A stretch of DNA of 59,022 nucleotides, filler included, from Ionaspis alba (Eukaryota), in the NCBI GenBank assembly GCA_964255285.1. It is 7 parts of 7 records of this genome, joined end to end, with 100 filler letters (N's around TTAATTAATTAA, not from the genome) between each part and the next. Parts side by side here need not be neighbours in the genome. Positions count along the whole stretch, not along the records: positions 33,855 to 42,195 come from CAXUUL010000754.1; positions 42,296 to 50,614 come from CAXUUL010000755.1; 5 more parts are not named here. One strand, 5' to 3'. Below are positions 34,469 to 48,543 of the stretch, piece after piece. The notes under the pieces are model-generated. The model was not told where the DNA came from. It saw only the letters and a list, made by a program, of their open reading frames with translations, and ran no database searches. The first letter of the stretch is position 1. Each line of letters opens with the position of its first letter. Position numbers and translations under genes: made by a program.

Positions 34469-36881
34469 GCATCTCACGGCATTTTTCGAGAAGTGTTTGG
34501 AATTTTTGTTCTCACATTCACCGTCGAGTGGAGGGAGGAGAGACAGTCATCGTTAAATCTTTCGAATCCCATTTCGAAAAAGTTACCCAGTCTACCGTCT
34601 ATAAGCTTTCAGCCGGATCCACCTCCTCGTACCTCCATGCAGGGACGCGCCCTCCCACCGGGTTTGCTCCAAACTCAATGGTTGGTTGGCTGGTGTCGTG
34701 CGGATGCTGGCGGGATGCACGGTGGATCCGATGCTTTTTTTGTCCCCCCTTCTCGCTTTCTCGTCTGGGGAAAGAGGGGGCTTTCTCGGAGGAGGTTGGG
34801 CGATTTGTTTGTGCGTGCGCTAGGGCTGTGTTACCTGTGGGGGGAGTTAGCCAGTCGGAGGGGTGGAGGGGTGCAGGAGGATAGGTTTGTGAGGGTCTGG
34901 GCGAGAGAGAGCTGGATGTGGGGTTTAAGCGAGGACGGTTGGTGATACTTGAGATTTTTGGTTTTGTTTTATTCCTCCTTCTTTGGAGTCGGGGGAGGGG
35001 TGGTGGAGTGGCGGGGATGTCGTGCATGGAGAGGATTTTTTTCTTTTTCTCTCAGGTGCGAAGGGAGTGGAGGTGTTTGATGTGATGGATCAAGATAGAG
35101 ATAAGTTCTATCCAGCACGTGAATATCTTCTCGAGGTCGCTTGGACCTGGCGATGATTTGGGTTTGTGTATCTATTCCCCTGTTTTGGAGATTCACGTGC
35201 AAACAGATCGTAGGGAGGGATCAAGGAGAGGAGCTATCATCGTTGTACGTATATCCATGTCTAGCTGCTGGAATCAATTGGAATCTCCGGGGGATTAGAA
35301 TGGACGGCGATCAATCAGTCCCGTGGCTGGGAGATCCGAGAGGTGGGGAATCCCGAATTCCGGGGTTTATCCATTGCGGCCAGGTGTGTGTCGACATTAA
35401 TGATTTTCAAGGCAGCTGGAGGGTTTGAGCGAGCATCTTCCTCGAAGCAGATCACCCTTTTTTTTCTCTTTCCGAGACCCGGCTGTGCTGGCCACATTTT
35501 TATCTTCCTAGCTCCCTAGGCCTGGTAATGTGCTCTTTTGTGATTCGCAGGCATTAGTTGGCTTTCCAGCGATATGGTTGAGAGAGAAAAAGGATCAGTG
35601 ATTGGATGTAACAACACCGTGGCCGCACTGGCCGTAAGCCTCCCCTTTTGTGTCTTGGGCTGGAAGTGCTGGGCATGCATTTGCCTGTTGGATCCTTCCA
35701 ATCATGGGTATGTAGGCGTGAGCCATTTGTGGGTTCGCAAGTCAGAGAGATAACCGAGAAATCTAGTTCGAGATGGAGCGATCGCTGTGATAGGTGTGTT
35801 GCTCTCTCCACACTCAGCTGAAAGAGTCGCAGGTGGTGGTCGTGGTTATCGACGTGGTGATAAATTGAAAAGATGCAAGCCTCTTGGGAATAGATCATGT
35901 TTTCGGTATCGATAGCAATATGATGCGATGCACGGATAATCAATCTCGACGCCATATGATGTGCTTTCTCTTGATGGGAATAATTCCGACCGCTTCGTTC
36001 ATTCACTGCATTGCATGCTCGCGCACAGGAGCTTTCTTCAGATTGTAACGATTGGTCGATCGGCATGCTTGTCTTAGGGCGGCTTGTTGTTCATGCCATG
36101 CAACATCCAAATTTGCGCTGGCCGCTCTCATTGGTGGATGGCGTCGAAACGTGTCGTAGAGATTGAGATCGCCCTCTTAGAGTTTGGGGCGGACACTCGA
36201 GAACCATGATTGTACAGTACGGTAGGATTACTAGTCCGTGCTGAGAATGCAGATAGAAAAGTTGCTGGATGAGCATATGAGAGATTGCTTGTTGTCTTCA
36301 TGATGAAACAACGGTCTTCGCTTTTGACCCAACGCGCTACGGTAACCAACGGCATTCTCTCGAGCCAAGCAGCGTCGCTACCAGTATTTTGCGAGCGGAA
36401 CATGGTCCAATGGATCCTAATTTACTGTGTCATTCCCTTGGAGATTGCAGAGCGTTTCGGAAAGTTGGACGAAAGAAATCACAAGTTGAGCGTGCAAAAG
36501 GCGTTACGCTATGTATGCAGAGCGTGCACCGATGGTGGGGGGAATGCAACTAAAGGACTCGGGATGCGCGGCTCAGCCAAAGGGAAGAGGAGAAAGATGC
36601 CTGTGGGTTTCTGCTCCTTTTCTCTCGTGTCCTCGGGAAGGTCGCAATCATTCGAAATGGTTGGTGCTCCTACGACGTGGTACGGTTGCCGAGACTAGGT
36701 CGGGTTCTTTGGGTCGTTTGTGGAGATGATAACGCGTAGAAGTCGGTGGTGATAGTGGGTTGGTATGTACTGTATGCATGCAATGCAATGCTGTGGCAGA
36801 GAAAAAATTGATTCGTTATTCTACAGATACAGAAACGGGCAATATTCAACATAGACACGTAGATGATAACACTTATGACAG

Positions 36882-36900
36882 TAATAATAATAATAATAAT
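36882..36900. repeat. (TAA)6 microsatellite
   Basis: taataataataataataat. Confidence 0.85.
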
Positions 36901-38270
36901 GACGCCGACAAGAATAGACAGCAGAGACCGATGGCACCGATGGGCACCTTAGTACGAGCAGATCCCAGTCGATAGGCTGTCGCCCGTGAAAAGTGGATTT
37001 GCAGGACGCGTCGGGCGGATCTTAGCCAGCTCAACACAGCTTAGATCCATCGACTAGGTATCGCCAACGATGTTCATGATTGATCCAGGAGACGAGATGA
37101 CGCTTCAAAGACTCCCTTCAGGTGCACCCAGAGGCCACCCTTTTGCCCTTGCTGGAATGTTATAGCCTTGTTAGTACGCAGAGTAGTCTGCTCCATGGAT
37201 ACACTACTACTACTACAGGGAAATTCTTTAGGCGTAGCAACAAGGCCGACTTTTGCTTCTCCTTCGAGTTGCCAAAACCCCCCTGTCACTCCGCCTTCCA
37301 ATCGGCCGGTGCTTGAACTCCCCCAAAGCTCGACTTTTTTTGTATGTGGGCTTAAGGAGTGCTGGCCTTCATTCGGGCTGCACACCACACCCGGCTCGTA
37401 ATCCATTATTCTCCTCCCTCATCCATTACCACCATTACCTCCTCCTCCTCCACCATCCATCTCTCTTCCTCCTTCGAACACGACCAGTTCTTATTCTTCT
37501 CCTCTTTCCCAATCCCTTCCTCTCCTCGTAATTGCTTATTTCCCCTTGCTGCTCTTTAGTGGAACAAGTTCCGACGCCTGGGCGGGCTCGGTGACACGCT
37601 CGCTTCAGGAGATCTTCTCTGCCGAAAAACCTTCTTCAGTCTCCTTTTACCAGCAACTTCCGTCGTCTGGTCTTCCCCCTCGTTGAAGAGGACAATGTCG
37701 ACTTGCTAAAGGGCCTTTGCCATCTTCTTTGACCTCAGCTATTGGACCCCTAGAGAAACGGTTTCCAGCGGTCCTCCAGCGTCTTCCATCTGCTTTTCTT
37801 TTCTACCGGCTGAGAACCGAACAACCGGTCGATCACCTCGCTCTTTTGACTTGCTCCAGACACTCCTTCACGACAAATCATCACGACTCCTTCCATTCGA
37901 TCGTTGTCTTATTACATACAATCCTTTTATACGGGCTCATGAGATCCCTCCTATAGTACAGTTTCCATAACGTACGTGCCGGAGTCGTAGATCGGTCCTC
38001 TCTCCTCTCCTCCCATCCACTACCAAAACAATGCATCTCAATCTGCTGTGAATCATTCGTCCTTCATCACCTTGCACACCATGTCAGCCTGCATCTAGTC
38101 TCCAGTACGCCTTATTCTCATTCATGGCACAGCTGACAATAGTCTCATAGATAGGTTACCAGTCCTACGAAACACAATAATCCAAGTCCTGCCTCCATTA
38201 CCTCCACCTTCACCCACACATAATCCAATTCACTCGAACGCGAATCCTCTACAGATTCTCCACCAAAAAT

Positions 38271-40954
38271 ATGGCTGCTCTTGTACAGTCGTTTCCACAA
38301 CAGTCCTCAACCGTCACGATGCTACAGACGCGTCCATCTTCAGACCCTTTCCAAACTGGAGGTCCTAGTGCACAACAACTTCGAAACTCTGGAATGGCAC
38401 GGCATATCTACAATGGTGGGAATATGACTACAACGTATAGAGGCCAAAGCTCTTTACCTCCGGTCGCACCCTATGCATTTACGGCTACACCTGTCCTTAC
38501 GAGTGGTGGAAATCCTCTTCGTCAACATCCTACAGCACCACACCTACGATTGGAAAATCGTACCTTCTCTGCTCCTGCAATAGCTCTCACATCCCAAACC
38601 ACAAACAATCCCTCGAACCAGACTAGACAAAGGCAATTAGCTGCGGTCCCTGTGGCCGTATCTGCTTCAGGAAATGATGTTGCTATCACAAACCAGCAGA
38701 CCGGTTCCAGGGATGACAACGTGATACCAATACAAAGGACTACGGCACTTGCACCTCGACCATTATCTGCAGCGGACTTGAATCTACCAGAACCCAAATT
38801 ATCCAGTGCAACAACTCCATCTAAACCATCTCCGGACCGGTATCGACGTAACCACCGTCGAGCCGAGACAAGTCAACCAGCTCTGGCCTCGACCACAAGT
38901 GGCTCTGCCATGCCTTCAGGTTCGGGCATGGCTACCGTGGGCCATCTATACACCGCTCCTACCCAGACATCCCAACACTCTAGAATGTCTCAAATTTCCA
39001 CGAGTCAAGACAATTTACCTTCTCAATCCCCAGCACCTCGGCTTGTCAGCAAAGATGATATGAATCTTAGCCGCCAAGCATCTTCAGATCTTGCCAAGAG
39101 ATATCGCCGACGAAGCATCAGCAGTCTGGAGGCTGGGGAGTTTGCAGGACAACTGATTGATCCTCGTGAAATAGCACCCATTCCTCATACCAAAAGTTAT
39201 GCATCGGTTGTTTCAGCTCCATACCAGCCAGATAGACAAGACCTGAGGCCCGTACAACCTCTTCAACGACCTATCTCCTCTCATGCCCGGCATGCCAGTG
39301 ATGAAAGTGTCAAGACCAATTCGAGACCATCATCAGTAAGTTCCAATTGTTCCCAAACGTGAACGGACGTAGCGTGGCGCTAACTTGCCTTCCCATAGTC
39401 GAAGCGAGATACGGGCGCAATTGCAACAACCAATCCCACCACGTTACATGGTACACCAATTGCCAAACACGAAGTGAAACTCGTCAATGTTCCTCCTCGT
39501 GGTTCTTCTGATGCCAATAAAAGACTCACAAATCCATCGCCGTTATCAAGACCGATGGCCGTTGAGCAACCACCAAAGCAGAAGCCATTTGGAGACTCGA
39601 AACAAGCAAAAGCACCACAACCTCAAAATCCTCCTCCTCCCACGATCACTGCACAAACCGAAAGTCCAGCTGCTCAACATCTCGCTGCCCTAAACAAGAA
39701 GGAAACAAAGAAGGATGGCAAATCGTCACGATTACGACGCGCTTTTTCGTTCGGAAGTGCAGCAGAACTACGGAAAGCTTCTGCAGAGAATAGCCACAAC
39801 AACAATGTCTCGGCAGATCGTGCCAAGCTTCGAAAAGAGCGTTATCAAGATGAACAAGAGGCGGAACAAGCAGCCATTGTACAAAAGCAAGAGGCAGCTG
39901 GTCTTGGCGAGGGAATATATTCTGGACAAGGTCGATTTTTTACTGGTTCGACCGATAACTTATCGGTTTCTTCCACGGCTTCGTCTGCTTCGGTGATGCT
40001 TAGGAAGATGGGTAAGGGAGTGAAGAAGTCGACTCGATCCCTAGTTGGTCTGTTCAGACCTAAGTCTGTGATTGGTGTTCCGGCTGCAGATGCTGCTGTT
40101 CCAGAGATAAGCACCGCTCAGGTGTCGATGGTTACGGTTGAGGCCGAAAGGGAAAAGGTCAATGTCAACATTGACCCTCATGATCAACCTGGTGGAGGCA
40201 CTGGCTTTCCCAAGCTGGAGAGAAATTCGGTGGATGCTGCAAGCATGGGCACAAATGAGCCTGCTTTGTCGTTCAGTGATCGAAGCAGCAATGATGCTCG
40301 GGCTCGACCTAGCATTGTCGGTGGCGAGAAGGAACGTGCTGAAGTATTGGCAGCTGTGAAGAAGGGAATTCTGAAACGTGAGTCTCATCATCGTGCAACA
40401 TCGACATAATACTTATTGAACCCAGGCAATGCCACATACGACTGCAGCAGCACCTCTCCCCAAAACAAACCCGTCGACACCACCAGAACAACCGACTTCA
40501 CCCTGCCTCCCCTCCCCCGCTTCAACGACTCCCCCAGCTCTAGCACCCCCAGCACTCCCGGCGACGACCACCCGAACCGCAACGGTCATCGACGCACCGA
40601 CTCCGTGACCATCGAAGGAGAGGACTACTTTATGAGTATTGCCCGTTTCGCCAACTCCGAGACCAAGAGCTTACCTGGCACGCCACGAAGCATGGCTGCT
40701 CGAAACATCACTTTCAGCCCACAGATCCAATTCCACGATACTTGGACCGGCTTGGAATATGATCGACGAGGCGAGATTGCGACGTGCAATCGACTGACTC
40801 CCATGTTGGCTCAGCAGATTAAGGAGGAGTTGAATAGCTTTAAGATGGTAAGCCCTTGACATCCTTACTCATCATCACGAATTGCAGGACTAATTCTGGT
40901 CACCAGGAAATGGAAGTCCACGCCGACTCAAAGCGATTCACGCACTTCTTCTGA
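38271..40954 (+). CDS. BNI4: Bni4-like PP1 (Glc7)-targeting scaffold protein, 4 coding exons
   Basis: Low-complexity body with conserved C-terminus KKGILK...ITFSPQIQFHDTW..EYDRRGEIATCNRLTPMLAQQIKEELNSFKMEMEVHADSKRFTHFF. Confidence 0.85.
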
Positions 40955-42545
40955 TGAGTCCTCGGGTATCTCTCGATAAATCTCCTCCCCACAACCACGT
41001 CGGGATCAACAAGCATCTATCTACACACAACCAACCAACCCATCACGACTGCTAGGAATTACGACCACCACTTTTTTCATATTCACAAGCGAGGAAAGCA
41101 TACATCAGGCATTTGTTTGCACGAGGTCGTTTCTTTGCATTTCACGATGCATTTTATTCTCTTTGTATGCGGGCGGGAGGAATCATTTCACTTCACACCA
41201 AAAACAACATCCGCGGCTAGGCAGAGAGACAGACGGGCAGGGCAGGGGCATTCACATAGCACGCGTGGGAAAGCGGGACACATTCTCCTTGGTTCAGTAT
41301 CGTGCTTTTTACTTTTTGTTGTGGCTGGGATGCGGCGAGCATTTTTGTGTGCTGCGTGCGTGCGTGCGTTGATGCATTGGCGTGTGTGGTTGGTTTGTTT
41401 TTTTGCTTTTGTTTGGGTGAGCCAGCGGTGGGTTGGTTTGCTGCGGTGGGGATTAGGAAAATTGGACAGGGAAGGGAAGAAGTGAGCAGGAGGGAGGGAG
41501 GGGAGGGAGTGAGGAGGAGGGCTCCGGATTGAGATTTCTTCTTAGGGTCGAATGAGGAAGCACTCGTGGGAGTGTGGGGTTTAATGGATGAATTGAACTG
41601 GGTGGGATGAATAGTACGAATGTGGTACTTGATGTGAATCATTGTGATACGTGTGCAATGGTTGGGATTCGATGAAATGCTAATGGTGTTCCTGTTGTAA
41701 AAGGATTGAGGTGTGAAGGACGCTTCGATTGTAAATGACTCCTGAGTACGCCTTCCATATCCCATTGCAGCAGGAAGGCTGGCCTCCATTACACACGGGA
41801 ACTCCTACCCGTTTGCTATTCTAGAAAGAAAATCGTTATTCGTGATCCAAAACCCTGCTCCCTATCCCACGGTCCTCTTCGACAACTTCCGTCCTTCATC
41901 CAATGACGATCAGCCCTCCCGTTTACTTTCCTCTGGCTCCAAGTGAACGAGCTCTGTCTCCCGTCCTTGTCTACTGATCTCTGACTTCCACGGCTAGGTT
42001 GTACTGGCTGACATGCTCCAGTCCCGAATGATGGAACTGAAAAGCCAACAAAGGTATTGATATCCTGTCTGCCGGTAGTCTCGGACACGTCCTGTTGATC
42101 TTCACATAGTATAGCGGAAGGGGATCCCTCATTCTATCAAGGCATTCGGCACGGTGGCATCTTCGTAGTCGGATGTAGAGGAACTGGTCGCCGACNNNNN
42201 NNNNNNNNNNNNNNNNNNNNNNNNNNNNNNNNNNNNNNNTTAATTAATTAANNNNNNNNNNNNNNNNNNNNNNNNNNNNNNNNNNNNNNNNNNNNTCATT
42301 TCATTCTCTTCTCTTCCAAGAGACGTCACGATCAATCAGCCAGAGCCAAATATAGAGAAATCAAGACGGCAACGCTCCACCGAAAGAGTGAAGTAGGCAG
42401 TCATCCGACAGGCCTTTAGATTGCACCCTTATAGTTACCCCTTGAAAAGCGAAACGGCCTTAATTCATCAGGGAGAATATGAACGTACATAGAAGAGAGC
42501 GTATCGAGCCTTTATATGAATCTCGTGTCCAGTTGTATAGAAAAT

Positions 42546-44747
42546 TTAGCAGATAACAGTCCAGGGTCCGCCTGTATCCTCCCCCTCGATCATAGCGCAG
42601 AGAAGCTGGCCAGAATGCTGCACAATCAATGTAGAACACTCCATTTCTGACCGCCTTCGTTGTCGGTATACAAGTCCGGAAGAGAAGAAACGGAGATTTG
42701 AATCTCGAAAAGTCTTCAAAATAGTCTTGTCTACGAGGCGTTCGATACGCCAATGATAGAACGACCTCCAATACACTTGAGATAAGCTGGCCTGGCTTCT
42801 CTTTGCAAGCTCTTCTTCTTGACGCAAGGTAAAACCAGATTGATCGGTAATATGCTTGGCAAATAGCAGCTCACGAACGGAATCTGACCAATTCACAGAG
42901 ATCGAAGTTCCGTCATGTAGGTTGAGGTAGGACTTCATATGCAGCCGCGTCCCAACCACTGCTACAACCATTTCGAATGTTGGGTTCCTCTCTTCACATC
43001 TAGGTACCACCCCCAAGTATTCTCCATCACGGAACATCTTAAGATAATCCAGCTCATCCGTGTATCTTTTTCGTTGTGAGTGGCCAATTTCCTCTCGAAT
43101 ACTGCTGTACGAGATCTCATCTCTTTTTATAGCCCCTGGAAGGACACGAAACATCAACGCTTTATCTTTGCGCATGTTTTTTTCCCAGAGAGAGCTAAGA
43201 GCGGCGACATAACCATTTGACGAGATGACGACATCCAAGTCATCAAAAGGAGCGTTCCCCGGAAGAACTTGGGCCAAACAGTGTCTGCGATATTCAGAAA
43301 ATTCCATGCCATTACAGGACAGAAAGGCAGAGATGCAGTCTTCGGCAAAACCAGAATTTTTGTAACAAAGAGGTGCGATTCGTCTCGTCCCCGATTCGAA
43401 ATGGCATATTGCTGTAGTTATAGCATCGATAGCAACATATGATGCTGCACAAGCGAGCACTTCTAATTGGTAAGTACCGTGTCCCCTGAGGAGTAATCTT
43501 GTCTCTAGGAAGACTTTGATTCGAGATTTGAGTCGATCCCAAATAATTTTACCATCTCTGGAGGAGCGTTCCGCTCGTCTGAATTCCGTTTGCAGAATCT
43601 CAACTAGCTGCTCCTGGTTAGCAACAAAAGAGTCGGAGTCATCCCATCCATATCTCTTGAGGATAGATTCATAGCTGTTTGTCCAGTCTTCCAGGAAGAT
43701 CTCTATCAGCGAAACTCTCTTACATTTTGTATCAGATCTCTCGCAACAACTCTCCGAGTGATATATGGAGCCAAATTCCGAAAGGAAGACAATGAGGGCG
43801 CCAGCTACCGCTCCTATAGCAGATATTGCACTTTGCCTGCTAGGAGTATTCCAAGAGCGCACATGGAGTTCGGTGAGATAATGCTTGGTGAGCTTCAAAG
43901 GTATGTAGCTGCATTGATCGTCGGATATGGCTACTTCTGGTATGACAAACTTAGTTACACGTTCCTTTCTCCATTCCTTTATCGTCCAAGCTTCCCCGCC
44001 GAGAGAAGTTGTGAGCTCCAATTTTAATCTGGCTGTTTGCTTGGAGCATCTAACTACCTTGCCGTTTATTGAGAGGACCGTGGTTTCTGGAATCACGAAG
44101 CAGAAAAAAGTCGCAAGCCACAATGCGCTCCTTCGACCAGAGACAGTTATTGTGTCGATCGATGTGTCGATCAGAAGCTCAAAGATCCGGACTAACAGTT
44201 TCGCTAAAGCTGCTTTATCTATAAGGCGACAAAAATCGTATTCGTTTGGGGCATGTTTATCAATTTCCACAGCTAGTTCGCTCATAAGATCGATTGGGAG
44301 TAATGTTTCAGAATGACCGGAGAATGACTGTATAAGATCGCAGAGTTGAAAAGACGCCACAGGATACCTTTTGAGAAGTCCGGATTCTGCTAACATGTGG
44401 TATATCAAATCGCCGAGGTCGGAATTTGTGTAACACGGCCTCCATGCGGTTACCAAGAGGAAAAAAGCAATCAAAGGAGTCGATTCTCGAAGTGCCTTGA
44501 CTGTACCGCCTTGGCTGAGGCCGATGACCGTTTTGAGATTCTCAATTCTGAAAGATTCATTGCCTTTCAAAGCCAATATGGCCTTGTGAAGGAGCTGGTC
44601 AGAGAAAGGGATGATTGCACCGAGTTCGTGTGCAGCAGCGAGTGCCAATGGTTGGACATTATCAACAGAAAGTGATCGCATCAAGTTCCAAATGTTGCTT
44701 GCGGCAAATATCGATGTACCACCGACTTCGAAAACCGTGCTGGCCAT
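42546..44747 (-). CDS. Uncharacterised 733-aa protein, intronless
   Basis: Long open frame with ATG at 44747 in a good context (AAAATGG); globular composition; no recognised motif. Confidence 0.75.
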   Translation of the reverse strand: MASTVFEVGGTSIFAASNIWNLMRSLSVDNVQPLALAAAHELGAIIPFSDQLLHKAILALKGNESFRIENLKTVIGLSQGGTVKALRESTPLIAFFLLVTAWRPCYTNSDLGDLIYHMLAESGLLKRYPVASFQLCDLIQSFSGHSETLLPIDLMSELAVEIDKHAPNEYDFCRLIDKAALAKLLVRIFELLIDTSIDTITVSGRRSALWLATFFCFVIPETTVLSINGKVVRCSKQTARLKLELTTSLGGEAWTIKEWRKERVTKFVIPEVAISDDQCSYIPLKLTKHYLTELHVRSWNTPSRQSAISAIGAVAGALIVFLSEFGSIYHSESCCERSDTKCKRVSLIEIFLEDWTNSYESILKRYGWDDSDSFVANQEQLVEILQTEFRRAERSSRDGKIIWDRLKSRIKVFLETRLLLRGHGTYQLEVLACAASYVAIDAITTAICHFESGTRRIAPLCYKNSGFAEDCISAFLSCNGMEFSEYRRHCLAQVLPGNAPFDDLDVVISSNGYVAALSSLWEKNMRKDKALMFRVLPGAIKRDEISYSSIREEIGHSQRKRYTDELDYLKMFRDGEYLGVVPRCEERNPTFEMVVAVVGTRLHMKSYLNLHDGTSISVNWSDSVRELLFAKHITDQSGFTLRQEEELAKRSQASLSQVYWRSFYHWRIERLVDKTILKTFRDSNLRFFSSGLVYRQRRRSEMECSTLIVQHSGQLLCAMIEGEDTGGPWTVIC

Positions 44748-46517
44748 TTTTGAGTGAAAACCGCAGGAAATAAGGATTGTTGTTGGATAAATTCTGGTGA
44801 AGTAGGGTTTGAAAATATTATGGCGAAGTAAGGAACGCTTGATGATCTTTGAGAGCCTTGGGGCACAATCGCAAAGAACGTAGCAGACGGTAAGCAACAG
44901 AGCGCTTATAACTTAAGAGTTTGTGAGACAGAGCACGGGCGACATACCCCACCACAGGTCGATGCGACATGTCGATTGGCGGTTGCATCAGGCAGCAACT
45001 TTCCTCTGCATGCCCAGCGTTTGCCTTCTTTGTGAGGCTGCAAATCCCAGGGCATACAACTGATCTCTTTTTCGGAATCTAACAAATCATAAACTGTCCC
45101 GCTATCGTAAGTCAGCCTCGTCGGCGCTTGGATTACCATATCCACCATGCGACCCAGCACCGAGAAAAGGGAGAACTCAGCTGTGAGGTGTAAGATGCTG
45201 TAGTTCCTAACTACGAGGAAGGCATTATTGTAACCTTCGGGACTAGGCTAACGTTGAGTAAAGTATCTCCCGGTTGTCACTGCTCCTTTCCTCCCATGCA
45301 CGTGACAAAATAAATGACCACGGCTCGGTAGAAAACTTGCCCGATCCGCCGCTATTGCCGCCCTACAAACCAGGCCCCAAATCTCGACCCTCCGCTCAAA
45401 GATCCCCCCGAATCCACCTGTCAACATCATCCCGGTCCCTACCACCCCAAAACGCTCAGCCGCACGCGTTCAACTAAAGCATCCTCTCTCCACACCAAAC
45501 AACGTTCACCAAAGACTCCAGTACATACACCAGCTAACCACCAATTCATTATCCACCCTCCAAACCTCCTCGAACCAGCGCACGTGTACCTGCCCCTACT
45601 TGCCTATCTTCCATTCACATACATAAAAGCCCTGTCCAAGTTCTAGCGAAGGCTCTGTCACGGCACGCGAACAACAATAATAATAATATCTCAGGACTCA
45701 CATAGCCAGCCACGAGAGCGGCATCCCCGGAGAAGACGGCACATGGCGTATGTTGGCGGCGTTTTTCTTCTCGGGAGGGATTTTGCGGGGGTGGATGTGT
45801 TTGCGACGCCGCATACGTGCGTACGCTTTTATAGTAAGTAGTCCGTTTATGGCTGTAATTCACCCGTACGGGAAAGTAGAGTTCTGCTTTGGGCGAGTAG
45901 GGTCTAGGTGAAAGAGCTCGTATGTAGACACAATAATGGACACGGATGAGTAAGTGATGCGGGAAAGTAGGTTGTTCCGATACTAGATTGGTTTGGAAAT
46001 GGGCGTGGACGATTTATCTGCAGCTGGACTCAAGTGTAGCTGGATTGAGGGAGTGGCATGCATTATTGGGTGGAATGCTGCAGGAGGTCGTTGGTGCAGA
46101 GACGAGTCAGCTCGTGGAAGGACGACGGTTTCGGGGGGTTGGGGGGGTTGGATGGAAGAGGCAGGTACGGATCGCGTATGCAGGGTGTGGTGTTCGGGAG
46201 CTGAGCAGGTCGGTGGATTTCGGGGGTTGGAACCTGTGGAGTGACGAGGTAGAGATTGGATCGTTCGAAGTAGAGAATTGAATTACGATGCACACGGAGG
46301 AGTGGTTACAAAATGATCACGATTGGGATATGAGGGATTTGGGTATTTTCCAAAAGCTTCAGGTAACCTATCTACACACGCCGACCGCATTACGCATCTC
46401 CCTTCCCCACCAACTAGATAGATACCATCCACTCCGTTCATACAACAACAACCCCATCAAGACACGCTAGCTTATCGCATTTGCACCCCACACGAACAAA
46501 TCAATCTCTCTCAAACT

Positions 46518-48232
46518 CTACTCGACATGTTCCGCCGCCCTCTTGTCCGTCATACCCATATCAGCCGCGAAGGTACTATGCGGGACCCACTTGCTGGAGT
46601 TTCTGGCATTGGTCTCCTCGAGCATCTTATCGACCTGCTCGAGAGACAAGCCCTTAGTCTCAGGAACGAGGAAGTAGGCATACACGAAGCAGGCGGCGCA
46701 GAGGGAGCCCCAGACGAAGAAGACCTTGGCGCCGAGGTTGGCTTCGTCGGAGCCGACCATGTAGGGGGTGATGACTGTGATGATCTGTTTTATCGAGGGA
46801 TTTTGATTAGTGGGAATGTGGGGGGTTCGAGGGAGATGTAGACGAGACTTACGCAGTTCCAGAGCCAATTCGAAGCAGTCGACAGAGCCACACCACGCGA
46901 GCGCATCGGCAGCGGGTAAATCTCGCCAATGACAACCCACGCGCCAGGACCCCACGTCGAAGCGAAGAAGAAGATGTAAATACAGATGAAAGCGATCATC
47001 GCCTTGACCGTATTCGGATTCTGGCCATCAACAGTCCCCGCAATGGCGACAATGAACTGACAAACCACCATACCGAACGCACCCCAGATCAGCAGAGGCC
47101 GACGCCCGAAGCGCTCGATCGTCCAGAAGGAGATGGGAGTCGAGCAGACGTTGACGAGAGTGGTGACGAGGGAGATGAGGAAGGGATTCTTGATCGTGCC
47201 GAGCGTTTGGAAGAATGTGGTACCGAAGTAGAAGATGAAATTGACACCGGTCCACTGCTGCATCATCTGCATCGACGTACCCAGGATGGTACGACGCAAA
47301 TTGCTGCTGGGTTTACGGAGTCCGCCCTTGAAACAAGCGGCCCAACTGCTCCAGTAGGTGTTGGTGGGCACGACTTGCATTTCGTATTCGTGGTTAGCGA
47401 CGATTTCCGCGAGTTCGTACTGGACGTAGTCGGATTCGATGGGCTGGGAGCGGAGACGCGACAAGCTCCCGGCGGCCTTGTCCAGCTGGCCCTTCTTGAC
47501 GAAGTAACGCGGGCTCTCGGGCAAGAGGAACAGACCCGTTGCCAGGATCAAGGCCCAGGCCATCTGGATGGCGATGGGAATGCGGTAGGAGCCGGTGTCG
47601 GGACGATCCTGCGTGGCGTAGTCGACGCACGAAGCGAGCAGGATGCCGATCGTGATGCAGAACTGGTAGCCGGAGACGATGGCGCCACGCACCTTGCGGG
47701 GGGAGATCTCGGACATGTACAGGATGATGATCGCGGAGACGAAGCCGACGCCGAAACCGGCAATCAGGCGACCGGCAACGAGGAGACCGAGAGCCGTGGA
47801 TGCGGTCTGCAGGATGACGCCCACGATGAAGACGAAGCAGCCCATGATGATGGTCGTGCGGCGACCGAACCAATCCGCCAGATCACCGGCGATGATGGCG
47901 CCGAAGAAAGTGCCCGCCGATAGCACGGACGTGATGAGCGATTTCTGCGACGAGGGCAGGGTGAAGGCTGTCGGGTTGTTTTTGATGAATTGCGAGTTGG
48001 GATCCAGACCGGTGTAGAGGGTGATGAAGTAGGGCATGCCCATCACACCGCTGATGTATCCGGAGTCGAAACCGAAGAAGATGCCGCCGAAGGCAGCGAA
48101 GGCACACATTAGGTAGCCTTTGATGTTGACGGGGGCTTCGAGTTCTTCGGGCTTGGAGGTGGCCATGATTTCTTTGCCGCCGACGGCCACGGAGGCCTTC
48201 CGGGCGGCGGAGCTGTGGCCCTTTTCTTCCAT
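46518..48232 (-). CDS. MFS sugar porter, high-affinity glucose/monosaccharide transporter-like, 2 exons
   Basis: FGFDSG, DWFGRR, YMSEISP, PESPR, QQWTGVNFIFY, ERFGRR, WGP, PETKGLSLE; one intron ~46786-46852; strongly GC3-biased codons. Confidence 0.95.
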
Positions 48233-48543
48233 GGCGGCGATTGTTTTGAGCTCCGGCTGCAGAACAAACAATTAAAGTTTCTTCACGGGCTTTGTTTGTT
48301 GTGGCTGGGCAGTAGGATGAAGAAAATGCGGGAGGATGAAGGAAGATGATCCTAAGCGAATTTGAGGTGTTGAGCGCAAGATTAATCAAGAAGATTGATC
48401 TTGCGACCGATTGAAGAAGAATGGATGACAGAAAGACGGGAGGAGGTAAGGAGATGAAGAAGGGAGTGAGTGAGTGAGTGGGACGAGTGAGAAAGATGAA
48501 GACCCGAGGAGAGGTGGTGGGAGATTAAAGCATTCTTAAAAAG

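Noticed and set aside
47207..47923. 238-aa antisense ORF and other overlapping ORFs in the sugar transporter
   Set aside because: Expected by-product of strong GC3 codon bias on the sense strand.
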